DNA of 64,000 nt from an uncultured Bacteroides sp. (GTDB taxonomy: Bacteria; Bacteroidota; Bacteroidia; Bacteroidales; Bacteroidaceae): the NCBI GenBank assembly GCA_964554265.1, contig CAZKOB010000002.1, forward strand, positions 386-64,385. The letters are read 5' to 3'. Positions 26,589 through 37,206 of the stretch are shown piece by piece (within the stretch, counting starts at the first letter, position 1; each line of letters opens with the position of its first letter). The notes under the pieces are model-generated. The model was given only the letters and a program-made list of their open reading frames with translations, was not told the DNA's origin and searched no databases. The translations under genes were made by a program, and so were the position numbers.

Positions 26589-27509
26589 ATGGAAGAAAAT
26601 CAGATTACAACATATCATGTCCCCGTATTGCTTGGGGAGAGTGTGGATGGCATGAACATCGGTCGTGGCGGTGTCTTTGTCGATGTCACGTATGGCGGCG
26701 GTGGCCATAGCCGTGAGATTCTGCGTCGTGCAGATGCCAATGCGCATCTCTACGGTTTCGACCAGGACGAGGATGCAGAAAGGAATGCTGTGAGAGACGA
26801 CAGCCGTTTCACTTTCGTCAGGAGCAATTTCAGGTATCTGAAAAACTTTCTGCGTTACTATGGGGTGGAAGCCGTGGATGCTGTGCTTGCAGACCTCGGA
26901 GTGTCATCCCATCATTTCGATGATTCGGAGCGTGGCTTCTCATTCCGTTTTGACGCGGCCCTTGACATGCGGATGAACAGGCGGTCCGGGATGACCGCGG
27001 CAGATGTATTGAACGGGTATGACGAAAACCGTCTTGCCGATGTCTTTTATCTTTACGGCGAATTGAAGAACAGCCGTAAGCTTGCGGCGGCTGTGGCCAA
27101 GGCGAGAACGGAAAAAGCGATATTGACGACTGGCGATTTTCTTACGGTCATCAAACCTTTTTTTGGCAGAGAACGTGAGAAGAAGGACCTTGCGAAGGTT
27201 TTTCAGGCTTTGCGTATAGAAGTGAACCATGAGATGGACGCGTTGAAGGAGATGCTTGCCGGAGCGGTGGAGATGCTCAAGCCGGGCGGACGTCTGGTGG
27301 TGATTACTTACCATTCGCTTGAAGACCGCATCGTGAAAAACCTGATGAAGACCGGCAATTGCGACGGACATGTGGAGAAGGACTTCTATGGGCGGTGTGA
27401 TTTTCCGCTCCGTCTTCTGAACAACAAGGTGATTACACCCGGTGCAGACGAACAGGAGCGCAATCCGAGGTCGAGGAGTGCGAAACTGAGGATAGCGGAG
27501 AAATTGTGA
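26589..27509 (+). CDS. rsmH: 16S rRNA (cytosine1402-N4)-methyltransferase RsmH
   Basis: YHVPVLL, DVTYGGGGHS and ITYHSLEDRIVK motifs. The ATG at 26589 (MEENQITTYHVPVLL) fits the family; the ORF opens at 26532. Confidence 0.93.
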   Translation: MEENQITTYHVPVLLGESVDGMNIGRGGVFVDVTYGGGGHSREILRRADANAHLYGFDQDEDAERNAVRDDSRFTFVRSNFRYLKNFLRYYGVEAVDAVLADLGVSSHHFDDSERGFSFRFDAALDMRMNRRSGMTAADVLNGYDENRLADVFYLYGELKNSRKLAAAVAKARTEKAILTTGDFLTVIKPFFGREREKKDLAKVFQALRIEVNHEMDALKEMLAGAVEMLKPGGRLVVITYHSLEDRIVKNLMKTGNCDGHVEKDFYGRCDFPLRLLNNKVITPGADEQERNPRSRSAKLRIAEKL

Positions 27510-27540
27510 AACAAGTGTATGGCAAGAAAAACTGTTGGAT

Positions 27541-28053
27541 ATGGATTGGAGAAATGACAAGGAAGCGGATGAGGCGGCTGCGGATGGTTATTCTGAGAAT
27601 GCGGCAGATGATGTTCATGCCGGCACTTCCGAAGAAATGAGCCGCGACGAACAGCTTGAGGTGGCAGACAAGGCAGAAGCTATCGAAGCCATCAAGAAGT
27701 TTACGGACGAAGACGATGACGATTTCGGTGAGTTCTCGTTTAAGTCGATAATAGGAGGCGATATACTTCAGAGCAGGTTTTTCATGAAGCAGATTCTATG
27801 GTTCATGCTTGTGGCGGTACTTGCCGTGATCTATACGGGCAATCGCTATGCCGGTGAGCAGGATATAATCGTCATAGACAGTCTGAAGGGACGGTTGCAG
27901 ACCGTCAAATACAATGTCCTTACGCAGTCGAGCGAACTGATGAACCTGAGCAGGCAATCGAACGTGGAGCGTATGCTGAAGCATTCCAAGGACAGTCTGC
28001 TGCAGAATCCGACGACTCCGCCGTATGTCATATCGGCAGACAGTATAGACTGA
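27541..28053 (+). CDS. ftsL: FtsL-like cell division protein (Bacteroidetes type)
   Basis: Occupies the conserved position between rsmH and ftsI. It has an acidic N-terminus and a single transmembrane helix (ILWFMLVAVLAVIYTG). The first ATG is at 27541; the ORF opens with TTG at 27535. Confidence 0.65.
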   Translation: MDWRNDKEADEAAADGYSENAADDVHAGTSEEMSRDEQLEVADKAEAIEAIKKFTDEDDDDFGEFSFKSIIGGDILQSRFFMKQILWFMLVAVLAVIYTGNRYAGEQDIIVIDSLKGRLQTVKYNVLTQSSELMNLSRQSNVERMLKHSKDSLLQNPTTPPYVISADSID

Positions 28054-28121
28054 AATCTGTTGTCGGCAAATATTTTGTGGCGACAGGAAGGATTCCGTTA
28101 TTTATAAAAGGAGTAAAGAAA

Positions 28122-30296
28122 ATGAAGTTTGACAAAAAATATATATCCGGACGCTTTACGGGTGTTGTCATCGTAGCATTGCTTGTTTGTGTAGCTATTG
28201 TATGGCGTGCTGTGTATACAATGACGGTAGAGCATAAACATTGGCAGAAGATAGGTGCTTTGTATGAAAGCGAGAGTAAGCCGTTGAAGCCCATGCGTGG
28301 AAACATTCTTTCTGCTGACGGACAGCTTATGGCGAGTAGTTTGCCTGACTATAAAGTATACATTGACTTTTTGTCGGGAATACCCCGGAAAAGTTCTGAT
28401 GAGAAGGAGATGGCAGTGCGTGACAGTTTGATAAGACGTAAAGATTCCGTTTTCCTTTCATATATAGATACGATCAGTCAGGGGTTGAACCGTATATGCC
28501 CGAAGCTGACGGTTGCGGAGTACAAGAAACATCTGGCGAAAGGGCAGGAGAAGCATAGCCGGTACTACGAGGTGTGTCCTCGTCAGGTGCTCAACTACAT
28601 ACAGTTTCATGAACTGATAAAGCTCCCTTTGTTCAATGAGAAAAACAGGTATGTCAGCGGACTTGTCGTTGAGGAGAGGAACAACCGCAAGAAGCCGTTC
28701 GGTTCTCTTGCCAAGCGTACACTTGGCGAGATGTTTGGCGCCAAGGACTCCGCACGCTCAGGGATAGAGCTTGCGTACGATTCGATTCTTCGTGGAGAAG
28801 AAGGGTTGATTCACCGCAAGAAAGTATTGTCGAAATATCTGGACATCGTTGACCGTGAGCCGGTCAACGGAATGGATATAGTGACCACAATAGACGTAAG
28901 CATGCAGGACATCTGTGAGAGCGCACTTCGTGAAAAATTGAAGGAACTGGAAGCTTCGATGGGGGTGGTGGTTCTCATGGAAGTCAAAACCGGTGATGTG
29001 AAAGCTATTGTCAATCTGCAGCGTTATGACGACGGCGAGTATTACGAGGCGCGTAACTATGCGCTTGCATCGCTTATGGAGCCGGGTTCCACGTTCAAGA
29101 CAGCATCGATTATGGTGGCTCTCGATGATGGGATGATAACAGTGGATGATGTGGTGGATACAGGTTGCGGAGTCTATAATATGTATGGAGCATGGATGCG
29201 TGACCACAACTGGGCTACTCGCGGAGGATACCATGTGATAGACGTTCCGCATACGTTGATGTATTCTTCCAACATCGGAGTGAGCCGTTTGATAGATGAG
29301 CATTATCACAGCCATCCGGAGAAGTTCGTGGAAGGTTTGCGGCGTGTCGGAATCGGAGAACCGTTGAATCTGCCTTTTGTCGGTGCGGCAGAACCAAGAA
29401 TACGCATGCCGAACAAGGAGAACTGGTCGAATACCGCCCTTGCGTGGATGTCTATCGGGTATGAGACACAGATACCGCCGATCTCTACGGTTACCTTCTA
29501 TAATGCCATAGCCAATGGGGGCAAGATGGTCCGTCCGCGCTTTGTCAAGGCCGTGCAGAAAGACGGAGAGATAGTGGAAGAGTTTCCGGTTGAAGTAATT
29601 AAAGAACAGATTTGCAAGGAGTCAACCCTTAAGGACATTCAAGGCATTCTGAAGAGGGTGGTGAATGACAAGGAAGGACTTGGCAAGCGTGCGGGGAATC
29701 CTCATTTCCTTGTATCAGGAAAGACCGGTACAGCACAAGTGTCGCAGGGTAAAGGCGGATATCGTGCCGGGATGAGAGAATATCTTGTGAGCTTCTGCGG
29801 ATATTATCCTTCCGAAGATCCACGGTATTCTTGTATTGTAGCCATACGGAAACCCGGTTATCCTGCTTCCGGAGGCGGCATGGCAGGTCCTGTTTTTGCA
29901 AAGATTGCAGCAAGGGTATATTCCAAGAATGTCAACAATGACATTGCAAATGCCGGTGATTCGCTTTCTGTTTATGTGCCGGAAGTGAAAGCCGGAGATA
30001 TAGCGGCGGCACGCAGTGTGCTGGATGAACTTGGTATCGGTATCAGGAACGGAGAAGGCGGCACATGGGGCAAGGCTGCAAGGGCAGGAAATGCAGTATC
30101 CTTCACACCGGTCTCTTGTGATGACAAAGTCGTGCCGGACATGGCAGGCATGGGTGCACGCGATGCCGTATACGCGATAGAAAGCCGAGGCCTCAAAGCG
30201 AAGGTGAAGGGAGTCGGCAAGGTAAAGAAGCAAAGCGTGGCTGCAGGAACGAAGGTCGTTGCAGGGCAGACTGTTGTGGTGCATTTGGAAAAATAA
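28122..30296 (+). CDS. ftsI: Penicillin-binding protein (FtsI/PBP3-type transpeptidase)
   Basis: SxxK (EPGSTFK), SxN (YSSN) and KTG (SGKTGTA) motifs, with an N-terminal membrane anchor. The ATG at 28122 follows aaaggag; the ORF opens with GTG at 28077. Confidence 0.92.
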   Translation: MKFDKKYISGRFTGVVIVALLVCVAIVWRAVYTMTVEHKHWQKIGALYESESKPLKPMRGNILSADGQLMASSLPDYKVYIDFLSGIPRKSSDEKEMAVRDSLIRRKDSVFLSYIDTISQGLNRICPKLTVAEYKKHLAKGQEKHSRYYEVCPRQVLNYIQFHELIKLPLFNEKNRYVSGLVVEERNNRKKPFGSLAKRTLGEMFGAKDSARSGIELAYDSILRGEEGLIHRKKVLSKYLDIVDREPVNGMDIVTTIDVSMQDICESALREKLKELEASMGVVVLMEVKTGDVKAIVNLQRYDDGEYYEARNYALASLMEPGSTFKTASIMVALDDGMITVDDVVDTGCGVYNMYGAWMRDHNWATRGGYHVIDVPHTLMYSSNIGVSRLIDEHYHSHPEKFVEGLRRVGIGEPLNLPFVGAAEPRIRMPNKENWSNTALAWMSIGYETQIPPISTVTFYNAIANGGKMVRPRFVKAVQKDGEIVEEFPVEVIKEQICKESTLKDIQGILKRVVNDKEGLGKRAGNPHFLVSGKTGTAQVSQGKGGYRAGMREYLVSFCGYYPSEDPRYSCIVAIRKPGYPASGGGMAGPVFAKIAARVYSKNVNNDIANAGDSLSVYVPEVKAGDIAAARSVLDELGIGIRNGEGGTWGKAARAGNAVSFTPVSCDDKVVPDMAGMGARDAVYAIESRGLKAKVKGVGKVKKQSVAAGTKVVAGQTVVVHLEK

Positions 30297-30326
30297 GAAA
30301 ATCAAGTAAAATAAAAAACATAGCTT

Positions 30327-31790
30327 ATGGAATTACAGACTTTGGTAGACGGACTGGATATTCTTGATGTCAAAGGATGTTTGGCAAAAGACGTTAAGGG
30401 TGTGAACATCGACTCGCGTCTTGTTAGTGAAGGACATTTGTTTGTTGCTGTGAGAGGTACACAGTCTGATGGACACAGCTATATAGATAAAGCCGTGGAA
30501 AAAGGTGCTGAGGTTGTGGTATGTGAAGAATTTCCACTTTCGGTAAAAGAGAATGTCACCTATATAAAAGTGGCAGATTCCGGACACGTCGTGGGACAGA
30601 TAGCCACACGATTCTATGGTGACCCGACATCACGGATGAAGCTTGTTGGAGTGACCGGTACAAACGGCAAGACGACCATAGCCACAGTGCTTTACAACAT
30701 GTTCCGATGCATGGGGCATAAGGCTGGTCTGATATCCACTGTGGTGAACTATATTGACGGTGAGGCTGTGCCTACCGAACATACGACTCCCGACCCGATT
30801 ACATTAAACATGTTGCTCGGACGTATGGCCGATGCCGGCTGCGAATATGCTTTTATGGAGGTAAGCTCACATTCGATAGTGCAAGAGCGCATTGGCGGAT
30901 TGAACTTTGCCGGAGGCGTATTTACCAATATTACACGCGATCATCTTGATTATCACAAGACATTTGAAAATTACCTGAAGGCAAAGAAGCTGTTCTTTGA
31001 TAATCTGCCGGAAACAGCCTTTGCTGTGACGAATGCTGACGACAAGAATGGTCTGGTGATGATGCAGAATACGCGTGCGGAAGTCAAAACCTACTCAGTA
31101 CGTGGTGATGCGGATTTCAAGGCCAAAATCATAGAGTGCCATTTTGAGGGTATGTATCTTGAAATCAACGGTATGGAAGTTGGAGTGCAATTCATTGGTA
31201 AGTTCAATGTGTCCAATCTCCTTGCAGTGTATGGTACGGCAGTGATGCTCGGCAAGAATCCTTATGATGTATTGGTTGAGCTCAGCAAAATGCGGCCTGT
31301 TTCTGGTCGTTTCGATGCTGTGCGTTCATCTGTGGGCCAAATAGCCATTGTCGACTATGCACATACTCCGGATGCGATAGAGAATGTGTTGTCGGCAATA
31401 CATGGTGTGCTTGAAGGCAAAGGAAAAGTGATTACAGTATGCGGTGCTGGTGGCAATCGTGACAAGGGCAAGCGTCCTCTCATGGCGAGGGAAGCAGTAC
31501 GGCAAAGCGATATAGTCCTTATTACGAGTGACAATCCGCGGTTTGAGGAACCTCAGGATATTATCAATGACATGCTTGCCGGGCTTGACAGCGAGCAGCA
31601 CAGGAAAGTCATTTCCAATGTAGACCGCAGGGAAGCTATTCGGACGGCATGCCGTTTAGCACAAAAGGGCGATGTCATCCTTATCGCCGGTAAAGGACAC
31701 GAAAATTATCAGGAAGTGAAGGGAGTCAAGCACCATTTTGATGATAAGGAAGAAGTGGCAAAAGCTTTTGCCGAACTTGTCTTGAATTAA
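30327..31790 (+). CDS. murE: UDP-N-acetylmuramoyl-L-alanyl-D-glutamate--2,6-diaminopimelate ligase
   Basis: Mur ligase P-loop [10 protein letters not shown] and DNPR motif (TSDNPRFE), in the conserved dcw position. Confidence 0.93.
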   Translation: MELQTLVDGLDILDVKGCLAKDVKGVNIDSRLVSEGHLFVAVRGTQSDGHSYIDKAVEKGAEVVVCEEFPLSVKENVTYIKVADSGHVVGQIATRFYGDPTSRMKLVGVTGTNGKTTIATVLYNMFRCMGHKAGLISTVVNYIDGEAVPTEHTTPDPITLNMLLGRMADAGCEYAFMEVSSHSIVQERIGGLNFAGGVFTNITRDHLDYHKTFENYLKAKKLFFDNLPETAFAVTNADDKNGLVMMQNTRAEVKTYSVRGDADFKAKIIECHFEGMYLEINGMEVGVQFIGKFNVSNLLAVYGTAVMLGKNPYDVLVELSKMRPVSGRFDAVRSSVGQIAIVDYAHTPDAIENVLSAIHGVLEGKGKVITVCGAGGNRDKGKRPLMAREAVRQSDIVLITSDNPRFEEPQDIINDMLAGLDSEQHRKVISNVDRREAIRTACRLAQKGDVILIAGKGHENYQEVKGVKHHFDDKEEVAKAFAELVLN

Positions 31791-31810
31791 GAATATATAC
31801 GTGATAGAAT

Positions 31811-33070
31811 ATGCTTTATTCGTTTTTTCAATATCTTGACAATTTGAACATCCCCGGTGCAAGAGTCTTTGGGTATGTGTCTTTTCGCTCATTGATGGCA
31901 TTGATGTTGTCGTTGATTATATCAATGATAGCTGGTGAGTACTTCATAAAGTATATGCGTCGTAATCAGCATATAGAGCAGGCACGCGATGCTGAAATCG
32001 ACCCTTACGGAGTACAGAAGAAGGGAGTTCCATCTATGGGTGGAGTCATTATCATTGCAGGTGTACTGCTACCGTCTCTGTTGCTTGGCAAGCTGACCAA
32101 TGTATATATGATATTGCTTCTGGTCACACTCGTGTGGTTTGGTTTTCTGGGGTTTATGGATGACAAGATAAAGCTCTCGGGGAACAAGGATGGCATGAAG
32201 CCGCGCTATAAGTTACTTGGGCAGCTTCTGCTCGGCTGTGTTATAGGGGTGACCTTGTGGCTTAGTCCGCAGGCCGTCGTGCGTGAGAATGTCAGTCGTG
32301 AGATAGGCCACTCCGAGGTGGTGTACCATAAGAGTGAAGCAAGGAAATCGACAGTGACGACGATGCCTTTTTTCAAGAACAACAACTTTGACTATTATGA
32401 AGTATTTAGTTGGATTAAGGACGGCAGGACACAGCGTGCTTGTGGCTGGATACTCTTCATACTTGTTACGACATTTGTGATAACAGCGGTGTCTAATGGA
32501 GCCAACCTGAACGATGGTATGGATGGAATGTGTGCCGGAAATTCGGCCATAATAGGCTTCACTCTGGGTGTTCTTGCCTATGTCTCCGGACACATACAGT
32601 TTGCCGGCTATCTGAATGTAATGTATATACCTGGTTCGGAAGAAATAGTGGTCTTCCTTTGTGCCTTTGTCGGTGCTTTGATAGGTTTTTTGTGGTACAA
32701 TGCTTATCCGGCAAAAGTATTCATGGGCGATACGGGGAGTCTGACGATAGGTGGAGTAATAGCCGTGACAGCAGTAATCATTCACAAAGAACTGATGCTA
32801 CCAATATTGTGTGGAATATTCCTTATGGAAAGCCTTTCTGTGATACTGCAACTGGGGTATGCAAGGTATGGAAACCGCAAAGGTCTGAAACTTCGCGTTT
32901 TCAAGCGCGCACCTTTTCATGACCATTACCGACACAAAATGCAGGCTGATACCAAATATCTGATAAAGAAGCCGGATGGACTGCTTTTTGAGAGCATGAT
33001 AACCACACGTTTCTGGATAATGACGATACTGTTGGCTGCCATCACGGTGATTACATTGAAGATAAGATAA
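31811..33070 (+). CDS. mraY: Phospho-N-acetylmuramoyl-pentapeptide transferase
   Basis: Polytopic membrane protein with NLNDGMDG and MGDTGSL motifs, in the conserved dcw position. Confidence 0.93.
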   Translation: MLYSFFQYLDNLNIPGARVFGYVSFRSLMALMLSLIISMIAGEYFIKYMRRNQHIEQARDAEIDPYGVQKKGVPSMGGVIIIAGVLLPSLLLGKLTNVYMILLLVTLVWFGFLGFMDDKIKLSGNKDGMKPRYKLLGQLLLGCVIGVTLWLSPQAVVRENVSREIGHSEVVYHKSEARKSTVTTMPFFKNNNFDYYEVFSWIKDGRTQRACGWILFILVTTFVITAVSNGANLNDGMDGMCAGNSAIIGFTLGVLAYVSGHIQFAGYLNVMYIPGSEEIVVFLCAFVGALIGFLWYNAYPAKVFMGDTGSLTIGGVIAVTAVIIHKELMLPILCGIFLMESLSVILQLGYARYGNRKGLKLRVFKRAPFHDHYRHKMQADTKYLIKKPDGLLFESMITTRFWIMTILLAAITVITLKIR

Positions 33071-33115
33071 GTGATAGAATGAAATGTTATTAAAAATAAA
33101 GTAAATAGAGAATAT

Positions 33116-34450
33116 ATGAAAAGAATTGTTGTTTTAGGAGCTGCAGAAAGTGGTGCTGGTGCCGCAGTGCTTGCCAAGGTGAAAGGATTTGATGTGTTTG
33201 TTTCCGACATGTCGGTAATAAAGGAAAAATATAAGAACCTTCTTGACTCATACCATATAGCATGGGAAGAAGGACACCATACAGAAGAATTGATTCTCAA
33301 TGCGGATGAAATCGTGAAAAGTCCGGGAATACCGGAAAATGCACCGATGATACTCAAGGTGAAAGAGAAGAAAATATCTATCATCTCGGAAATAGAATTT
33401 GCAGGCCGCTATACTGATGCCAAGATGATATGCATAACAGGCTCCAACGGAAAGACTACTACGACATCTCTTATCTATCATATTCTGAAGCAGGCAGGCT
33501 ACAATGTGGGGCTTGCAGGAAATATCGGTCGCAGTTTGGCTTTGCAGGTGGCCGAAGAGAAGGAATACGATTATTATGTGATAGAACTCAGCAGTTTCCA
33601 GTTGGATAACATGTATGATTTCAAGGCGGACATTGCTGTATTGATGAATATAACCCCAGATCATCTTGACCGTTATGATTTCAAAATGCAGAACTATGTG
33701 GACTCCAAGATGCGCATAACGAGAAATCAGACGGAAAACGATGCTTTTGTGTATTGGAATGATGACCCTGTCGTAGCTGAAGAATTGAAGAAATACAATA
33801 TAAAGGCTCGTTTGTATCCGTTCTCGGAGTTCAAGAGTACAGATACCATTGCATATACAGAAGATATGGAATTTATAATAGAAAAACCTATACCTTTCAA
33901 TATGGAGCAGGAAGAACTGGCTTTGAGAGGTAAGCATAATCTCTACAATTCTCTTGCGGCCGGTATAACAGCTGATATCGCTGGGGTTAACAATGAGCAG
34001 ATACGTAAGGGGCTCAGCAGTTTTGCCGGCGTAGAGCACAGGTTGGAAAATGCGGGACGAGTGCGTGGAGTGGATTTCATCAATGATTCCAAGGCTACGA
34101 ACGTAAACGCTTGTTGGTATGCCCTTGAAAGCATGAAGCAGCCGACAGTGCTGATTCTTGGAGGAAAGGACAAGGGCAATGATTACAGTGAAATTTTCGA
34201 TCTTGTCAAGGAAAAGTGCATAGGACTTGTGTTTCTTGGGGTAGATAATACGAAACTTCATGCAGCATTTGATGGTTTCGGTATTCCGATAGTGGATGTT
34301 CGTAACATGAAGGACTGTGTGGATGAATGTTATAAGATGGCTCGTCCCGGAAGTTGCGTTCTCCTCAGTCCTTGCTGTGCAAGTTTTGACTTGTTCAAGA
34401 ATATGGAAGACAGAGGAGAACAGTTCAAAGAATGTGTGAGAAACTTATAA
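33116..34450 (+). CDS. murD: UDP-N-acetylmuramoylalanine--D-glutamate ligase
   Basis: Rossmann-like N-terminus VVLGAAESGAGAA and Mur ligase P-loop ITGSNGKTTT. Confidence 0.93.
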   Translation: MKRIVVLGAAESGAGAAVLAKVKGFDVFVSDMSVIKEKYKNLLDSYHIAWEEGHHTEELILNADEIVKSPGIPENAPMILKVKEKKISIISEIEFAGRYTDAKMICITGSNGKTTTTSLIYHILKQAGYNVGLAGNIGRSLALQVAEEKEYDYYVIELSSFQLDNMYDFKADIAVLMNITPDHLDRYDFKMQNYVDSKMRITRNQTENDAFVYWNDDPVVAEELKKYNIKARLYPFSEFKSTDTIAYTEDMEFIIEKPIPFNMEQEELALRGKHNLYNSLAAGITADIAGVNNEQIRKGLSSFAGVEHRLENAGRVRGVDFINDSKATNVNACWYALESMKQPTVLILGGKDKGNDYSEIFDLVKEKCIGLVFLGVDNTKLHAAFDGFGIPIVDVRNMKDCVDECYKMARPGSCVLLSPCCASFDLFKNMEDRGEQFKECVRNL

Positions 34451-34575
34451 CATAAATGTCAGTAAGAATATAGGTCTCCGATATCTGAAACTGATAGTCC
34501 GGATGACGGTTTGCATCGTGCCTTGTATGTCGGTGTCCGATGCGAAGTGTTACAAAAGCCAAAAACTGTAGAAAA

Positions 34576-35898
34576 ATGGGCAAGATTGTTTCTGATTTTT
34601 TCAAAGGAAATCTTTTTAAGGGCGACAAGGGAGTGTGGATGATATATTTCTTCCTCTGCTTGATATCTCTTGTCGAGGTGTATAGCGCATCGAGTACACT
34701 CACTTATAAGACAGGGAATCATTGGGCTCCGATGATTAGTCAGGCTGGTTTTATTCTGGCAGGGCTTGTGGTCATTTTGTTTGTGCACCGTGTGCCTTGC
34801 AAGTGGTTCATGCTTTTCCCCTTTGTGCTTCTTCCCGTGTCAGTACTTCTTCTACTGTACACATTGATGTTTGGCGGTGAGATAAACGAGACAAGCCGTT
34901 GGATCACGCTTGGACCGATACGTTTCCAGCCTTCAGAATTAGGCAAGGCGGCTCTTATCATGTCTGTGGCTGTAGTGTTGGCTAAAACACAGTCGGAAGA
35001 GGTCGTTGAAGTCAGAGGCAAGCAGAAGCGTGTGGCAGGAGCGATAAAGGGAGGGCATTCCCTTGCATACAAAATTATAGTAGTCATGACATTGATAGTG
35101 TGTGGATTGATATTCCCTGAAAATTTCTCGACCGCAATCATGCTGGCAACAGTAGTCTTTGTCATGATGATAATCGGACATATACCATTGGATTTGATGT
35201 TGAAAACGATAGTGGCGGTCATTGCGGTAGGAATGCTTGCATTCTTTATGATGATGACGCTGGACAAATCGACTTTGGAAGGTTTGCCCGGGTGTAAGCG
35301 TCTTGCAACAGGAAAGGGAAGAATTGAACGGATGCTGCAAAGCAAACAGGAACAAGGGAATGATACAGTGGATCTTGCGAAATATATAAAGGATGAGAAT
35401 GCACAGGTGACACATTCGTTCATGGCTGTAGCAAATTCAAATATTATAGGAAGAGGAGCTGGAAATTCGATAGAGCGTGACTTCCTTTCGCATGCAGAGT
35501 CTGATTTTATTTTTGCGATAATTGTAGAGGAAATAGGGATTTTTGGTGCATTGTTTGTTATATTCCTATATGTGGCATTACTCATTCGCGTAGGACGAAT
35601 AGCACAAAAATGCCGGCGCTTTTTCCCAGCCTATCTTGTGCTTGGGTTTGGTATCATGATGGTGTTGCAGGCACTTGTAAATATGGGGGTAGCTGTCGGG
35701 CTGTTCCCCGTGACAGGACAACCTTTGCCGTTGATCAGCCGTGGAGGAACTTCCATTATGATAACCAGTTTTTATATAGGAGTGATTCTTAGTGTCAGTC
35801 GTTATGCGGATAAAGTGGGAGAGACAAAGGCGCAGCCTGCTGAAATCGTACCGGATGGTGAAACTTCAGAATATTACGATGACAAGAATATGATTTGA
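34576..35898 (+). CDS. ftsW: SEDS-family peptidoglycan glycosyltransferase FtsW
   Basis: Polytopic SEDS protein (..FQPSELGK.., ..PVTGQPLPLISRGGTS..) between murD and murG. The ATG at 34576 (MGKIVSDFF) is preferred over the ORF opening at 34540. Confidence 0.9.
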   Translation: MGKIVSDFFKGNLFKGDKGVWMIYFFLCLISLVEVYSASSTLTYKTGNHWAPMISQAGFILAGLVVILFVHRVPCKWFMLFPFVLLPVSVLLLLYTLMFGGEINETSRWITLGPIRFQPSELGKAALIMSVAVVLAKTQSEEVVEVRGKQKRVAGAIKGGHSLAYKIIVVMTLIVCGLIFPENFSTAIMLATVVFVMMIIGHIPLDLMLKTIVAVIAVGMLAFFMMMTLDKSTLEGLPGCKRLATGKGRIERMLQSKQEQGNDTVDLAKYIKDENAQVTHSFMAVANSNIIGRGAGNSIERDFLSHAESDFIFAIIVEEIGIFGALFVIFLYVALLIRVGRIAQKCRRFFPAYLVLGFGIMMVLQALVNMGVAVGLFPVTGQPLPLISRGGTSIMITSFYIGVILSVSRYADKVGETKAQPAEIVPDGETSEYYDDKNMI

Positions 35899-36061
35899 AT
35901 AGTATGAACGTGATTTTCAGCATGTAAATCAAATAAAATTAAAACATGAATCTTGTTTGCTCTTTTATTTGTACTTTTGCATCTAAGTGAAAATAATAGT
36001 ATATTTCCCTCTACTTAATATGGAGTAGAAATGAAGCAATAAGATTATAGATGTTGAGTTT

Positions 36062-37198
36062 ATGAACAAAGAAGATAAATTGAGGATTATTGTCAGCGGA
36101 GGAGGAACAGGCGGTCATATATTTCCGGCTGTGGCCATAGCCAATGCTGTAAAGAAGCTGCATCCAGAGGCTGAAATATTGTTTGTCGGTGCGGAAGGAC
36201 GAATGGAAATGCAGCGTGTGCCGGCAGCCGGATATAAGATTGTCGGATTGCCAATAGCCGGATTTGATAGGAAGAACATGCTGAAAAATATAGTGGTGCT
36301 GTGGAAGATACTGCGAAGCCAGATGATGGCCAGACGTATTATACGTGATTTCTCTCCTATGGTGGTGGTTGGTGTTGGAGGATATGCAAGTGGTCCTACT
36401 TTGAAAATGGCCGGTAGCATGGGAATACCAACACTTATTCAGGAGCAAAATTCGTATGCGGGTGTGACGAATAAACTTTTGGCAAAATCAGCCTGTAAGA
36501 TTTGTGTCGCTTATGACGGCATGGAACGTTTCTTCCCGAAAGAGAAAATTCTGATGACAGGTAATCCTGTAAGACAGTCTTTGCTTGACATCTCAATATC
36601 TAAATCGGAGGCTTTGCGTAGCTTTGGATTAGAACCTGACAAGCGAACCGTGCTTATCATTGGTGGGAGCCTTGGCGCAAGAACTGTGAATGAGAGTGTG
36701 TTGAGTCATTTAGAAGACATCCGTAAGTCTGATGTACAGTTCATTTGGCAGACAGGAAAATACTATAGTGAGAACATAAAAAGCAGGCTTGCCAAAGAAC
36801 CTGAATTGCATAACCTCCATGTTACGGATTTCATCTCCAATATGGACAAGGCTTATGTGGCGGCAGATCTTGTGATCTCACGTGCAGGAGCAAGTTCGAT
36901 ATCAGAGCTTTGCCTGTTGAAGAAACCTTCGATACTGGTTCCTTCGCCCAATGTGGCAGAAGATCATCAGACGAAAAATGCACTTGCGCTCTCAGAAAAG
37001 AATGCTGCTTTGTTTGTGAAGGACTGTGATGCGGTTGGAGAATTGATATTGCTTGCTATAAAAACTGTGGAAGATGATGCAAAACTTACTTCTCTTGGTG
37101 AAAATGCCGGGAATTTAGCTTTTGCAGATTCTGCGGATGTCATAGCAAGGGAAGTTTGTCGGCTTGCTGCTGATTATAAATGTAAAAACAATATTTGA
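36062..37198 (+). CDS. murG: Undecaprenyldiphospho-muramoylpentapeptide beta-N-acetylglucosaminyltransferase
   Basis: GGGTGGHIFPA N-terminal motif, in the conserved dcw position. Confidence 0.93.
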   Translation: MNKEDKLRIIVSGGGTGGHIFPAVAIANAVKKLHPEAEILFVGAEGRMEMQRVPAAGYKIVGLPIAGFDRKNMLKNIVVLWKILRSQMMARRIIRDFSPMVVVGVGGYASGPTLKMAGSMGIPTLIQEQNSYAGVTNKLLAKSACKICVAYDGMERFFPKEKILMTGNPVRQSLLDISISKSEALRSFGLEPDKRTVLIIGGSLGARTVNESVLSHLEDIRKSDVQFIWQTGKYYSENIKSRLAKEPELHNLHVTDFISNMDKAYVAADLVISRAGASSISELCLLKKPSILVPSPNVAEDHQTKNALALSEKNAALFVKDCDAVGELILLAIKTVEDDAKLTSLGENAGNLAFADSADVIAREVCRLAADYKCKNNI

Positions 37199-37206
37199 AT
37201 ACAAGG